Positions 23,786 through 35,965 are shown, counted from the stretch's first letter. The stretch is DNA of 64,000 nt from Octopus vulgaris (GCA_951406725.2 OX597822.1:26598001-26662000), one strand, 5' to 3'. Made by a program: numbers and translations. The notes: generated from the letters alone by a model not told the origin.

Positions 23786-24320
23786 CTAACCATTCTTTAT
23801 GCTTCTGCACGGTCATGTCCATGCAGTAGAGAGGATTCTCTGCTGAAAACAATGGTTCCATCTTCATTTATTATGAAGCAATCATTTATGGTAAAGCTAA
23901 CTTCAAAGCACTTCCAAATGTAAAAACTTAAATTCACATCATGAAAGTAGAATTCCTTTGTCGTCAATACACAGAGAAGTTAATCATAGACCTCCTTGAT
24001 AAAGCAAAGCAGTTTATTTTACTAAAATTTACTTGCTTTTATAAAAGCCAATAAATAAACAGATAATGACTTGATTAATCTGCCGTATTTAATGGCATAA
24101 AAGATTCACATGCATATTAAATGCACTCCAATTTCAACTGCTCATATTTGGAAAAGGTATCTTCTAGTGTATTAAAGCAATCTAGGCCCAAATTTGCATA
24201 TAAGACCCAAGGGGAATTTTTAAGACTTTTTTAGGAAAAAACTGTCATATGAAACCGAATATATGGTACTTTTCTATGTATTTGTTGGTCTCTTTTTTAT
24301 ACTGTACTGTGTTCTATATA

Positions 24321-24555
24321 TATATTTCTTTACTACCCACAAGGGGCTAAACATAGATGGGACAAACAAGGACAGACAAAGGGATTAAGTTGATTACATC
24401 GACCACAGTGCGAAACTGGTACTTTATTTATCGACCCCGAAAGGATGAAAGGCAAAGTCGACGTTGGTGGAATTTGAACTCAGAATGTAACAACAGACGA
24501 AATACCGCTAAGCATTTCGCCCAGCATGCTAACGTTTCTGCCAGCTCGCCGCCTT
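24321..24555 (-). mobile_element. SINE family B with 14-bp TSD
   Basis: CTGTGTTCTATATA at 24307-24320 and 24556-24569. Confidence 0.9.
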
Positions 24556-26629
24556 CTGTGTTCTATATAGAGAGTAGTGAACTGGTACTCTCTTTCTCTG
24601 TACCCCCCCCCCCCCCCACACACACACATATGAACCCCTCTGCTGACCAAGTTTGTCCACGTATTTACATATGTTGCCCTTGCATGCATGCTTCTCCTCT
24701 CCATATTTATCCTGCCCCCAAAAAGATGTTGGCCAAGGACAGTATGGCTTTGCACCACAGTCATTACAGATGTTGCTGTTAAGAATGAAAAGAGAACAGA
24801 GACCATAAGGTCTTAACACTAACAGCTCTTCAAAATATCTCTTTACCCTTTTACTTGTTTCAGTCATTTGACTGCGGCCATGCTGGAGCACCGCCATTAG
24901 TCGAGCAAATCGACCCCAGGACTTATTCTTTGTAAGACTAGTACTCATTCTATTGGTCTCTTTTGCCGAACCGCTAAGTTACTTGAATATGTATATGTAA
25001 TTGTATGTATGTATGTAAATTTGTATATGTGTGTGTGTATATATAATTTTTTTACTTGTTTCAGTCATTTGACTGTGGCTATGCTGGAGCAGTGCCTTTA
25101 GTTAAACAAATCAACCCTAGAACTTATTCTTTGTATGCCTAGTACTTATCCTATTGATCTCTTTTGCCAAACTGCTAATGTGGTTGGGAAGCAAGCTTCT
25201 TATCACACAGCCACTAAAAATGTATGTGTATATATGTATATACATGAATGTGTTTTTTTGTATATATGCTTTTGGTGCAAATGTTTTTTTTTATATGGTG
25301 CTGTTTTTACAATTCTGTAAATAATAATAATGGTATTTTTATATAAGCTTAAAGCTTATGGCAATCACCTTGCAATGACTAAGGAAAATAGTCTAATAAA
25401 GGGGCATACAAGCCCTTGACAGAAAAAAGGCTTTCCTATCCGAGAGAGAGAGAGATGTATGAAGAATATAGAAATATGAAATATAAACATTTTTTGTTTC
25501 TTTAGAAAGTATCCAATTTACTGAATTCCCAATGGAAATCTGACATGTTCTTATTCTTCATTTTGGCAACTCCTGCTGCAGCACTGGTGCTAAGCTGTAT
25601 TAGTGCTTGCCTATTGCAAAGAACAGTATTGTTGCCATGGATGGGGGAGGCTTACATGCAAGGACAGCATTGATCTTCCACACAACGTTGCACTTTGGCC
25701 TGCTGTCTGGGTAGGCCGTTTCAGAGTTCCATCACCTTGATCTAACCAACAAGAACTGACTGAAGCAATATTTTCTAGGTGTAGTTCTACCATCGCATGA
25801 GACATGGAAATGCCATAGATTTTTAGCCAGGCTTATTTTGTGACCTTGTTTTATTTAATAATAAAAATTATTTAAAAATTACCAGAATATTTTAGTTCCC
25901 TTCAGGGATATGAAAAATATTTAATTTCATTTGATGTTTAGTATAACCATGAGAGTAAGATGTCGAGGAGGAGGAGTAGCAGTCAGAGGGGTTATTGTGG
26001 CATCATTTTTGAAATATTTTGTAATTTCACTATGACTAGTATTCATTTCTTCAATATTTTATAATTGCACCATTTATATTTTGAGTCAAGCATTGCAGTC
26101 TATCTAAACAAACACATATGTCAGTGTTGTACGGAGTACCAAATATCTAACTAAAATTAAAAAGGTGTGGTGAAGAAAAAATTTCTTATTACTTGTTAAC
26201 TTATATTATTTCATTAACTTTGATTAGATGCCAATCTCTCTGTCTGGAAGATGGCAGCCAGATTTACGATAATGCTCATATGCATCCACTACTGGTTGCA
26301 TACACTTGAGTTTTTGCACACTCCATCTGCCAACAATGCAACTATTACATAATTCCGAGCCCCAAGAAACCTCTGTCAGACCTGAAATACCATGTTCTAG
26401 CTCAATAGTTTTCAGTATCTTTTGTATTCCATATAAATCTGTTCTGTGATTGTATAAATATCTATATGCTTATACATGAATGTTCATCTTCTGAATATTT
26501 TTCAATTTTTATTTCACTCTCTCTGTCTTTATATATATATCCCTGTATATATTTACAAGTATATATGTATGTATACATAATATATTAAGCCTAAGCATGT
26601 TTATTTGTTTACTTGTATCATTATCTCTG

Positions 26630-26660
<31 letters not shown>

Positions 26661-26952
26661 ACTCTCACACACACTATCAGACACACACAATAGGCTTTCA
26701 TATGCTTTCCATCTACCAGTTCTACTCACAAGGCATTGGGTGGTCCAAGATTACAGTAGAAGACATACCAAAGGTGTTGTGCAGTGAGACTGAACTCAAA
26801 ACTACATGGCTGTGAAGCAAACTTCTTAACCACAGAGCCATGCCTTCCCCCAATTGTATATCTATGAACCTGTATGTGTGTGTGTGTATGTATATATGAC
26901 AAGGTATTAACAAGGTATGTATATATGACAAAGTATTAATAATGATATTATT

Positions 26953-27184
26953 AAGGCGGTGAGCTGGCAGAAACGTTAGCACGCCGGGCGAAATGCTTAG
27001 CGGTATTTCGTCTGCCATTACGTTCTGAGTTCAAATTCCACCGAGGTCGACTTTGCCTTTCATCCTTTCGGGGTTGATTAAATAAGTACCAGTTACGCAC
27101 TGGGGTCGATGTAATCAACTTCATCCGTTTGTCTGTCCTTGTTTGTCCTCTCTGTGTTTAGTCCCTTGTGGGTAGCAAATAAAT
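26953..27184 (+). mobile_element. tRNA-related SINE family B with a Deu/Nin-like central domain
   Basis: B-box-like GAGTTCAAATTC, core GCCTTTCATCCTTTCGGGGTTGAT..AAGTACCAG, and flanking GTATTAATAATG duplication. The domain assignment is from memory of the motif. Confidence 0.85.
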
Positions 27185-27501
27185 TGGTATTAATAATGGC
27201 CATTACATAATTTTCTTTATTAGAGTAAATTTGACCTACAGCTATTTCCAGTAGTCACTGTAGGTATGTTACTGATAGGTTTACTCATTTGATCTATTGA
27301 TCAGTTGAGAAAAATTGAACAGTCTAAGTAAATTAATGCAACTTTTGTCAGAGCCATTTCTGGTTATAGCAAAGTAGAACACTGAAGGAATGGTATGCAT
27401 ACATGCACACATGTTTGCACTCACTCACATACACACACATATATGTATATACATATATATTTAATAATTTCAAAGTAGAAACTCAAGATGCTGAGTGAAA
27501 A

Positions 27502-27552
<51 letters not shown>

Positions 27553-27670
27553 GCTCCACTACCTCAAATGTTCTTAAAATTTAAATCCATATCTTTGTCT
27601 ATATATCTACCTTCTCTATAATGTTACCACTTGATATGAAAATTATGTATTAATGGAAAACCTCTATCAA

Positions 27671-27754
27671 TGGCTGATGAGTGCTCAGCATTTTAAAACT
27701 GTTGTAATACTTACAACATTTAATAGAATGATGTAGTGCGAAACGATCGTACTA
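27671..27754 (+). ncRNA. Type I hammerhead ribozyme motif with extended stem II
   Basis: TGG-CTGATGA-GTGCT...TGTTGTAA tac TTACAACA...AGTGC-GAAAC-GATC-GTA-CTA; canonical core and palindromic helix III. Confidence 0.75.
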
Positions 27755-27898
27755 AATTACCAGAGTTATTCTTGTTGCTTATTTTGATTATAATCACCCC
27801 ATGGATAACACCATACAGAATTATATAGATAACACCATACAGAATTCTGGTGCATCTAACTTAAGTACCATATTCATTTGAATCTAAATTTTGCTGAA

Positions 27899-27946
<48 letters not shown>

Positions 27947-28815
27947 TATATATGCCAAATCTACTCACAAGGCATTGGTTGAAGCCAAAGCTACAAAAGA
28001 AGATATTTGCCCAAGATACTGCTGAGTGGAACTGAACTTGAGGCCATGTGGTTGTGAAGCAAACTTCTTAACCATACAGCTATGCAATTCCTCCTTTTTT
28101 TTCTAAAAAAAAAAAATTCCCTTGCCAGTCTACCATGAGGACATTCCATGTTCTCTCATGTATCATGTCTCACATGATAGACATAAATAGATTCAGACTG
28201 AGTTGAGTCAGCTTCTGTGTGGTCACTTGTTGCATGAGAAATTGTAACCAAATCTCTTTCTCATTTCATGGGAAAAAGAAGTGTACATCAGACTGTGTTG
28301 TGCTAGATATACAAAGATCCTGGTTCTGATGTTTCAGGCACAGGTGTGGCTGTGTGGTAAATAGCTTGCTTACCAACCACATGGTTCCAGGTTGAGTCCC
28401 ACTGTGTGGCGTCTTGGGCAAGTGTCTTCTGTGTATGCATGCGTATGTACGTACATGCATACATACATACATACACACATGTATGCATACATACACACAT
28501 ACATACGTACATATATATGACGAACTAACTGTTACTTTCTCAGATGCAGCACGGATTTTTGTCAGTGAACAGGTCGCGGATTTTAGCGCCGAAAATACTT
28601 TGACAAATTAAACTTAAATGTTGAAGTGAATTGAATGGCTTTTGTGTGTTTCTTAAATGGCTTATAAACACCTTCCACGCTGCAATTGTTTTCGTTTCAG
28701 CACACGATTTCAGATCAAATTACTTGCTATGCGAGTACATCTCCTATATATATATGTATGTGTGTGTGTGTGTGTGTGCTTGTCCCTCTACCATCACTTG
28801 GCAACCAATGTTGGT

Positions 28816-29121
28816 ACAGTTCTATACTTAAGAGATGAGGAATTATGTACATTATTTATATTATTTGCATTTGACAGATATTTGTCCTCATCTTGTTTGT
28901 AGTTAACACAATGTTTCGGCTGATATACCCTCCAGACTTCTTCAGGTGTCTTGGGGAAATTTTGAACCTGGGTTCAATGGTATTCCTAAGGTATTTTTTC
29001 ATTATTATTATTATTATTATTATTATTTTTAGTGTTATTATTATTAGTCAGGTCACTGCTTGGAATCAAACTTGGAATCTTGGGGTTAGTAGCCTGTGTT
29101 CTTAACCACTATGCCATATGC
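28816..29121 (-). mobile_element. tRNA-headed SINE carrying a minimal hammerhead motif, nested in a family A SINE
   Basis: Minus strand: TGGCATAGTGG (A box), GTTTGATTCC (B box), (AAT)n, then the hammerhead. TSD CAATGTTGGT (28806-28815) / TGATGTTGGT (29122-29131). Confidence 0.75.
28906..28949 (-). ncRNA. Minimal (Penelope-style) hammerhead motif, slightly decayed
   Basis: ACAC-CTGAAGA-A-GTCTG gagggtatat CAGCC-GAAAC-ATT-GTGT. Stem I is ACAC/GTGT; ACATT is plausibly CpG-decayed ACGTT. Confidence 0.65.
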
Positions 29122-32100
29122 TGATGTTGGTGTGTTTACATCCCTGTAACTTAGCAGTTTAGCAAAAGAGACCTATAGAATAAGTACAAGGCTTGCAAAG
29201 AATATGTCCTGTGCTCAATTTGTTCAGCTAAAGGCAGTGCTCCATCATGACCACAGTCAGATGACCATCAAATAAAAGAATACAGAATGTTCTCCAAAAG
29301 AATACAGAAGGTTCTCCAAGTCTGTGTTGAAATAAGGCCAAACAACAACAAACAACAACAACAACAACAACAGTTTACTGACTGATCAACAACATGACAT
29401 ATGTGCGCTCAATCAGGACTGACCTGGGGCTAAACTATAAAAATAACAGCATTCCAAGTTGAAATAAATCATGTTTCCTCCCCCACCACCTGTATTTGTA
29501 AGAGTTGGCAAGATTTAGCATGACAATAATGTGAAGCTAAACAACAACAACAACATCAACAACTGCAGCAAACCAAGTTTAATTGAGCCAACGAGGAGGA
29601 CCTCAATATGGTCGTTTGATTTGCCAGAAATGGCAGCTAAATCTCCTGTAAATTGCATCTTACCACCTTTGAAAAAGGACTCTTTAAATAGTTATGTAAT
29701 GATAAAATCCTTGATAAATGAGATGAGATTTTCAACTAAGGTTACCTTTGATCACAGGTCTGCTTGATCTGCTGATCTAGGGGCTAAACAACATCAACAA
29801 AAACAGCAGCAGCTGCCACTGGTGTTGCTACTGCTACCACCACCACTCATGTTTCATAGGGTTATGAGATCAGCAGTCATGCTGTCAAGATTACCATTGC
29901 TTAGTGTTTGCATTGGTGTTCATTCAGGTATTGAAAGCAAAACTACCTTCAAAACAGGTCAATGACTTTTCTTTTTTACTTCCTTTTTTATTTTTTTTTT
30001 ACTGTAGACAACAAATGAAACCTGGCTGCTTACATATTTTTTTAAATTTATTTTTAATTCAATTTTCTGTTTAGATGGTTAGGTAATCTGTGTCACATGC
30101 TTCGTTCAGGAGTTAATGTTTTGTGACTAATGTTAGCAACATGTCTACATACACTGAATAAATGTTATCTCGGATACGTTGTGTGTCTGGATGCAAAAGA
30201 AAAAAGAAGCCCCCCCCCCAAAAAAAACAATCAAACAACAGCAACAACAACAATACACTCGCAGTGTGACTATGGCTAGGAATGTGTGTTTGATCATAGG
30301 TCTGCTCCAGCAGAACCTGGAAACAAACACAGCAGCCACAATAGCAGCAGCAGCAGTGAATATTCTTGACTGCCCTTCTTATCAACCTAAATTGCACACT
30401 AATGTATCAGTATTTCTTAAGATGGTGTGTGCATGGATCATATGGACTCTAGTTAGGAACCACTGCGGTAGATAATGGCTTCTATGGGGCATTGAGACAG
30501 AAGGACACAAATCTGAAGAGGGAAGGGTGAGATACAGCTAAGCATGTGCTTAGAGCATCAAGGGAAGTAGGGAACCACAGTAAAAGTAAATGGTTTATGG
30601 CACAAAAGAAATCACTTTAAACTTGCTAAAATAACATTTAAAGTGGTTTATATGATTGGAAATATAATTTCGAAATGTACAGAGGATTTAATTAAAGGCT
30701 TTTTAATTAAAGAAACAATAGGAGAAAACTTTTCAAATATAGATAAAATGCAAGTATACAAAATTAAACATTATTTTCCAGTTAGTTTTATTTCACTCTG
30801 AAAAATAAAAATTCATTTTATGGTTTATTATTGCTTATATTTTGAATTACATATGTAGAGAGGCACCAAAATTTTTCAAGTGCTTAGGACCTCTATCGGT
30901 TTTAATCAGGCCATAGTAAAACGACTCATTAATTAAACCAAATTAAGTAATTATCTAGCACTGTGCATCTATCAACCCTGGAAGAAACTCTGGAAAAATT
31001 TGAACTTAAAAACGTGTAAAGTGATGTACGTACTGTGTAATATCAATATAACCATTATACTGCCATGCTTCACTCTTTCAATGCTTTTAATAATAAACCA
31101 GTTTGAAGAATTACTTGAGTTCCTTCTCTCCATAATACAAGGGTAAACTTTATTTTCATTTTTATTGTTGTTATTATCCAGGGAATGTAGATTCATTCTT
31201 CCTTGGCAGTAACTCACAGTTGTTTTTGTTCTGATTTTATATCCTGTTTGTTTAAGCAACTATTCTCATTTTATACACTCTCTCTCAGTCTTTCTCTCTC
31301 TCTCTCATTCTCTCTCATATACAAAACTATGTATAAACATAGATAAAAATATACACATAAACACACTTTATTTTTCTTTGAGAGTGATGGAAAGAATTCG
31401 GGTTTTGACCAGTTTCTTTAGATTTGCGTTTAATCAAATTGTCAATCATCAGAGAAGAACCCCCTTAACTACCCCCCTTCCTATTTAATCTTGCTTCATG
31501 GAAAACAAAAGCCTAAGACTGATTCCCCTCCTTGTTCTTAACACATTCTTTCATCATAACTGTACAAACTCTCCTCCTCCCCCAACCATCTCAAAAAACA
31601 TAGCCCTGCTGTGTTTTTATCTAATTAACAATATAGATGTATTTTTGTTGATTTTTCTCTTAGTAACCTTCCTACCCTTGTGATGATCACAAAGAATTTA
31701 GTATGAATGTTGGTGTGTGTGCAGGTGTGAATATGTATGAAGGTATATACATATGTATGGATACATGTTGCTGTTTCTCTATAATATATTATATATATAT
31801 ATTTTAAAATACTATATGCAGCCAGCTGTACCCTGAACTTACTTGGGGATTATTAATACCCAAATTACTATATAATTACTTGAAATCGCTGTATTTTGCA
31901 TAGATTGCTGTAAAAAGTTTCTGGCAGTTTACTCAGCATTGCTGCATTTGAAAAATATGGGGGAGAATACAAAGTAAGCATCATAAATCATAAAAATACA
32001 AATGAGCAAATGAACAGACAATGTGTTAAAGAGGACTCTTTAGTCTTGCTAGAGACAGGGACAAGACGTCTGCTTCAGTGTCAGTGCTCCAATAAGATGC

Positions 32101-32359
32101 ACGTAGTACACTCTGTAAAGTGTTTGGTATTTGGAAATGCATTCAGCCATAGATGCCATGCAAAAAAATGGGATGTATGTGTGAGATGTGGGTTTTGACT
32201 TGTCCAAGAGAGCAGTAGCTTCAAATAAGAACTGAATTAGTTTATTACTACCTGGCAAACATATGCAATTGTGGAAATTAAAATAAAGAACAAGAAAGTA
32301 ATGCAATCACTTTTATGAATTAAAAGAATAATTTTGAAACACAGATATAATATGGGCAA

Positions 32360-33085
32360 TACCAGTGTCGCATAACTGGCATCCTTCAAACGTTGAGCGA
32401 TATGCTGTGTTTGAGAAAACCTGTCAGATCAAGTGAAATCATGGTCATGGCCTATGCCAGTGCTGTCTGTCAGGTACCCATGCCAGTGGTGCATAAAAAG
32501 CACTATTAGAGCGTTGGGTGTCAAGGAGGCAGTGTTTGTTCCTTCTCAAGCCCTGCCTGGCTCATAAGGTCTGGTTTCCTGGATTCCTTGGCGTATAGGT
32601 TCCCCACCTGGACGGGACACCGGTCTGTTGTAGGTGAGCTGTAAGATGCAGGAAGAAAGAGTGAGAGAAAGTTGTGGCAAAAGAGTCAGCAGAAATTTGC
32701 TATTACCTGCTGCTGGAGCCGCATGGAGCTTAGGTGTTTCGCTCATAAACACGCACATCGCCCAGTCTGAGATTCGAACCCGCGATCCCTCGACCGCGAG
32801 TCTGCTGCTCTAACCACTAGGCCATGTGAAGGAGGCAGTGACAGGTGACTGAGACCTTGGCAATATACTGTGCTTGTGTTGACCTGTCAAGCCAAGTAAG
32901 ACTATAGTCATGGCTGATGCCAGTGTCAGGTCAATAGCAATCATACTGGTGGTGTGTAAAAAGCACTCACTACACTCTTGGAGTGGTTGGCATTAGGAAG
33001 GGCACCAAGCTGTAGAAACCTTACCAAGTCAGATTGGAACCTGGTGCAGCTCCCCAGCTTACCAGTTTTCAGTCAAACTGTCCAT
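32360..33085 (+). mobile_element. Family C element interrupted by SINE D
   Basis: Family C subunits and core lie on both sides of 32535-32828. Confidence 0.65.
32535..32828 (-). mobile_element. tRNA-derived SINE family D with 12-bp TSD
   Basis: AAGGAGGCAGTG at 32523-32534 and 32829-32840; head TGGCCTAGTGGTTAGAGC...GGTTCGAATCTC. Confidence 0.9.
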
Positions 33086-33144
33086 ATGTGAGGACAAATA
33101 CACATAGGAATAAATATGAAGACAGTAATATCCATATAGAATAG

Positions 33145-33383
33145 TGGAGGCACATGGCTTAGTGGTTAGGGTGTCAGCATCATGATCGTAAGATTGTGGT
33201 TTCGATTCCTGGACCGGGTGACGCACGCGTTGTGTTCTTGAGCAAAACACTTCATTTCATGTTGCTCCAGTCCACTCAGCTGGCAAAAATGAGTAATCCT
33301 GCGATGGACTGGCGCCCCATCCAGGTGGGGAATTTCTATGACACTGAAACCGGGAAACCAGCCCTGGCATGGCTCGAGAAGGT
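33145..33383 (+). mobile_element. tRNA-derived SINE family E
   Basis: A box TGGCTTAGTGG and B box GTTTCGATTCC; its 3' part (CCAGGTGGGGAA...GAGAAGG) is shared with family D. Confidence 0.8.
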
Positions 33384-33699
33384 TTGTATTATATAGAATA
33401 TGAAAGCTCTGAGTTGTAGGTTGCCCACCATCACTACTTACAGTTCTTTGAGTGCTACTGACAGCAGGCTCACCTTTTATAACTAGTAATATATATTAAT
33501 TTTATTTTCTCTTTATATTTTTATAGGCAATCACTATAAGGTATGATATACTTTAAATGGTACGTAATGGCAAATGCAAATCAACTGTAATATTTAACAT
33601 TCTAAAATATTGCTGAAACATCTATAACCAGACATAAACACTTGAACAATTAATAGTTTATCTCTTGAATAAGGCTCATTCAAATATGTGTAATTTTAC

Positions 33700-33815
33700 A
33701 TTATCTATCTTTCTATCTATCCATCTATTTGTCTGTCTGTCTGTCTCTATCTACCTATCTATCTATCTCTCTCTCTATCTATCTATCTATCCATCTATTT
33801 GTCTGTCTGTCTGTC

Positions 33816-33862
<47 letters not shown>

Positions 33863-33910
33863 CCATCCATCCATCTATCTATATACCTATCTATCTGCCT
33901 ATCTATCTAC

Positions 33911-33942
<32 letters not shown>

Positions 33943-33968
33943 TTTTATTTATTTATTTATTTATTTAT
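33700..33968. repeat. (TATC)n / (TGTC)n / (TATT)n compound microsatellite
   Basis: Direct inspection. Confidence 0.95.
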
Positions 33969-34883
33969 AACCATATAATCTTATGGACATTTAGCCATAT
34001 AATGTTTCATAACCTTTGAATTTTTATTCAGTTTATTATTTCCTTTTCAGTTTTTTCTTTTCAATATATTTTTTTTTATTATTTTCTATCATCTCTTATT
34101 TTATTTACCTTCCACAGACGATTTTTATTGAGTATCTTATGTAAACTAAAGTTCATTGATGTGAAAGCAAATCACCTGTAAATACTCCTCATTTTGAAAT
34201 TTCATGAAAATGTATATAATCGGAGCAACTGGAGACCTTGATTGTGCAATTTATAGCTTGTAAAATTTTGCAATTTAGGATTCATTCACAGTTTATTTCT
34301 AATTTCAAGACTCAATCAGCAAAAAAAAAAAAGCATTCAAAAACCCCCTTTTCTCAAATTTCTCAACCATTACAAGAAAATGCTCTGTTTTTCCCCTTTC
34401 TTCTCTTTCCCTTTCACCTATTACCTGCTTTCCTTACACAGAGGTTTTTGTTTTTACTCTGGGCGCTTAACCTAAATGTCTTCAGAATAATGGATCATTT
34501 TATGCTGAACTTCATTTCCTGTCTGATGATGGAAACATAAAATTAGAATAACCAGATGTGAGAGTGTTATTTATAAATTGTAACAGGACCAGCTGATATA
34601 TAACACTCTTTCTCTGGTATTGAGTGCTATTTTACTTTCTTATCTGTAAGTGCATACTATATATATGTTTGTGTGTGTGTGGGGGGGCTTGTGTGTGTAT
34701 GTGTAAATATATGTATATATATATATATATATATAAATAAGGATAAGATCGTTAATTTAAAAATAAAATAACGATTTTATCAAGTGGTCAGCATGGAAAA
34801 AATAACCTTCAAAGGTAATAATTATTAAAATTATAAATTAGGGTATCTATGAGATACCCTAATTTATAATTTTATATATATAT

Positions 34884-35010
34884 ATCTCCGAAGAGGCCTT
34901 GTGATATTTTTGTTAATGTCTCATTTATATCTATATATTGACCAACCATAAAGGGCTAATATTGGTAAAATGAGACATACTTATCGACATGGCTGAAACA
35001 GCTGTAAGAT
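34884..35010 (+). ncRNA. Type I hammerhead ribozyme motif with a stem II domain of about 100 nt
   Basis: ATCT-CCGAAGA-GGCC...ATGTCTCATTT...AAATGAGACAT...GGCT-GAAAC-AGCT-GTA-AGAT; all three helices pair and helix III is palindromic. Confidence 0.78.
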
Positions 35011-35727
35011 CTTATTTATATTTATATTTACTTGTATTTATATTCTCTTTTATATATATTCTACTTATTATACAACATTACTCTTTTATGTACACTTTTT
35101 TATGTACATTCCTTTATGTACTCTGATTTGTTCTGCTTTTTATATTTAACCCTACAGTCTCTTATGTGGTGGTTTAATAAAGTATGTGATTGAGTATTAT
35201 CTGGTAATTGATATTTGATTTAGTTGTATTTCTCCATTTTCTTATCTTGTATATTACATATTATATATTTTCATTACATATATAATATGTAATATATGGA
35301 GACGAACATTATTCCTGATTGAAAATTCCTGGCTTGAAAAATTGTTAGGATATTAAGATGTTTTTGTTAACAAAAAAAAAAAAAGCAAAGGTAACCTTAA
35401 TACACAAATAAAGAAATTTTACCCACCAATCCGGCATTGAGCTATCATTCTTGTTGTTCCACAGTTATGTATCTCTTATTATAAAAGGCAGATTTTATCT
35501 GCCTCCCTTTGTCAGTTATAGAAATCTACAATATAGGATTTCTTCAATTACAATTTACCTAGCATTTTTAAGAGTAGAATGCATCGGGTCATGCCAGGTC
35601 CAGTTTTTAAAATTTAAACTCCAATTAAGCAAAATTTACAGAAAATTCATATTCTGGTGTGTATGTCAAATGCTTTTCTTAATGTGGTTTACACCACACG
35701 CACACGCACACACACAGTGTGCAACGA

Positions 35728-35905
35728 ATAAAGTGAAACTAATTCACTTTCTGTAATGAGTGACTATTTCACTTTACATTCCCACTTCCACTTTACACAC
35801 ATAGACACGCAAATATAAAGTGAAACTAATTCACTTTCTGTAGTGAGTGACTATTTCACTCTACATTCCCACTTCCACTTTACACACATAGACACGCAAA
35901 TATAT
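35728..35905. repeat. Tandem duplication, 87-bp unit, two copies
   Basis: ATAAAGTGAAACTAATTCAC at 35728 and 35815. Confidence 0.9.
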
Positions 35906-35923
35906 AAATAAAATTGTAAGCTA

Positions 35924-35965
<42 letters not shown>

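Noticed and set aside
22551-23790. R1/R2-type rDNA-specific insertion or a functional rRNA gene
   Set aside because: The 28S piece is only about 140 nt, decayed and far from the R1/R2 target region; the LINE is antisense, CR1-like and lacks its 3' end; no 28S sequence on the other side
25506-25805. GC-richer stretch after an acceptor-like TTTAG, possible exon or transposase relic
   Set aside because: Stops in all frames and no motif I can identify with confidence
34520-34545. CTGATGA-TG-GAAAC (a similar case lies at 58178)
   Set aside because: No stem I or stem III pairing; likely chance
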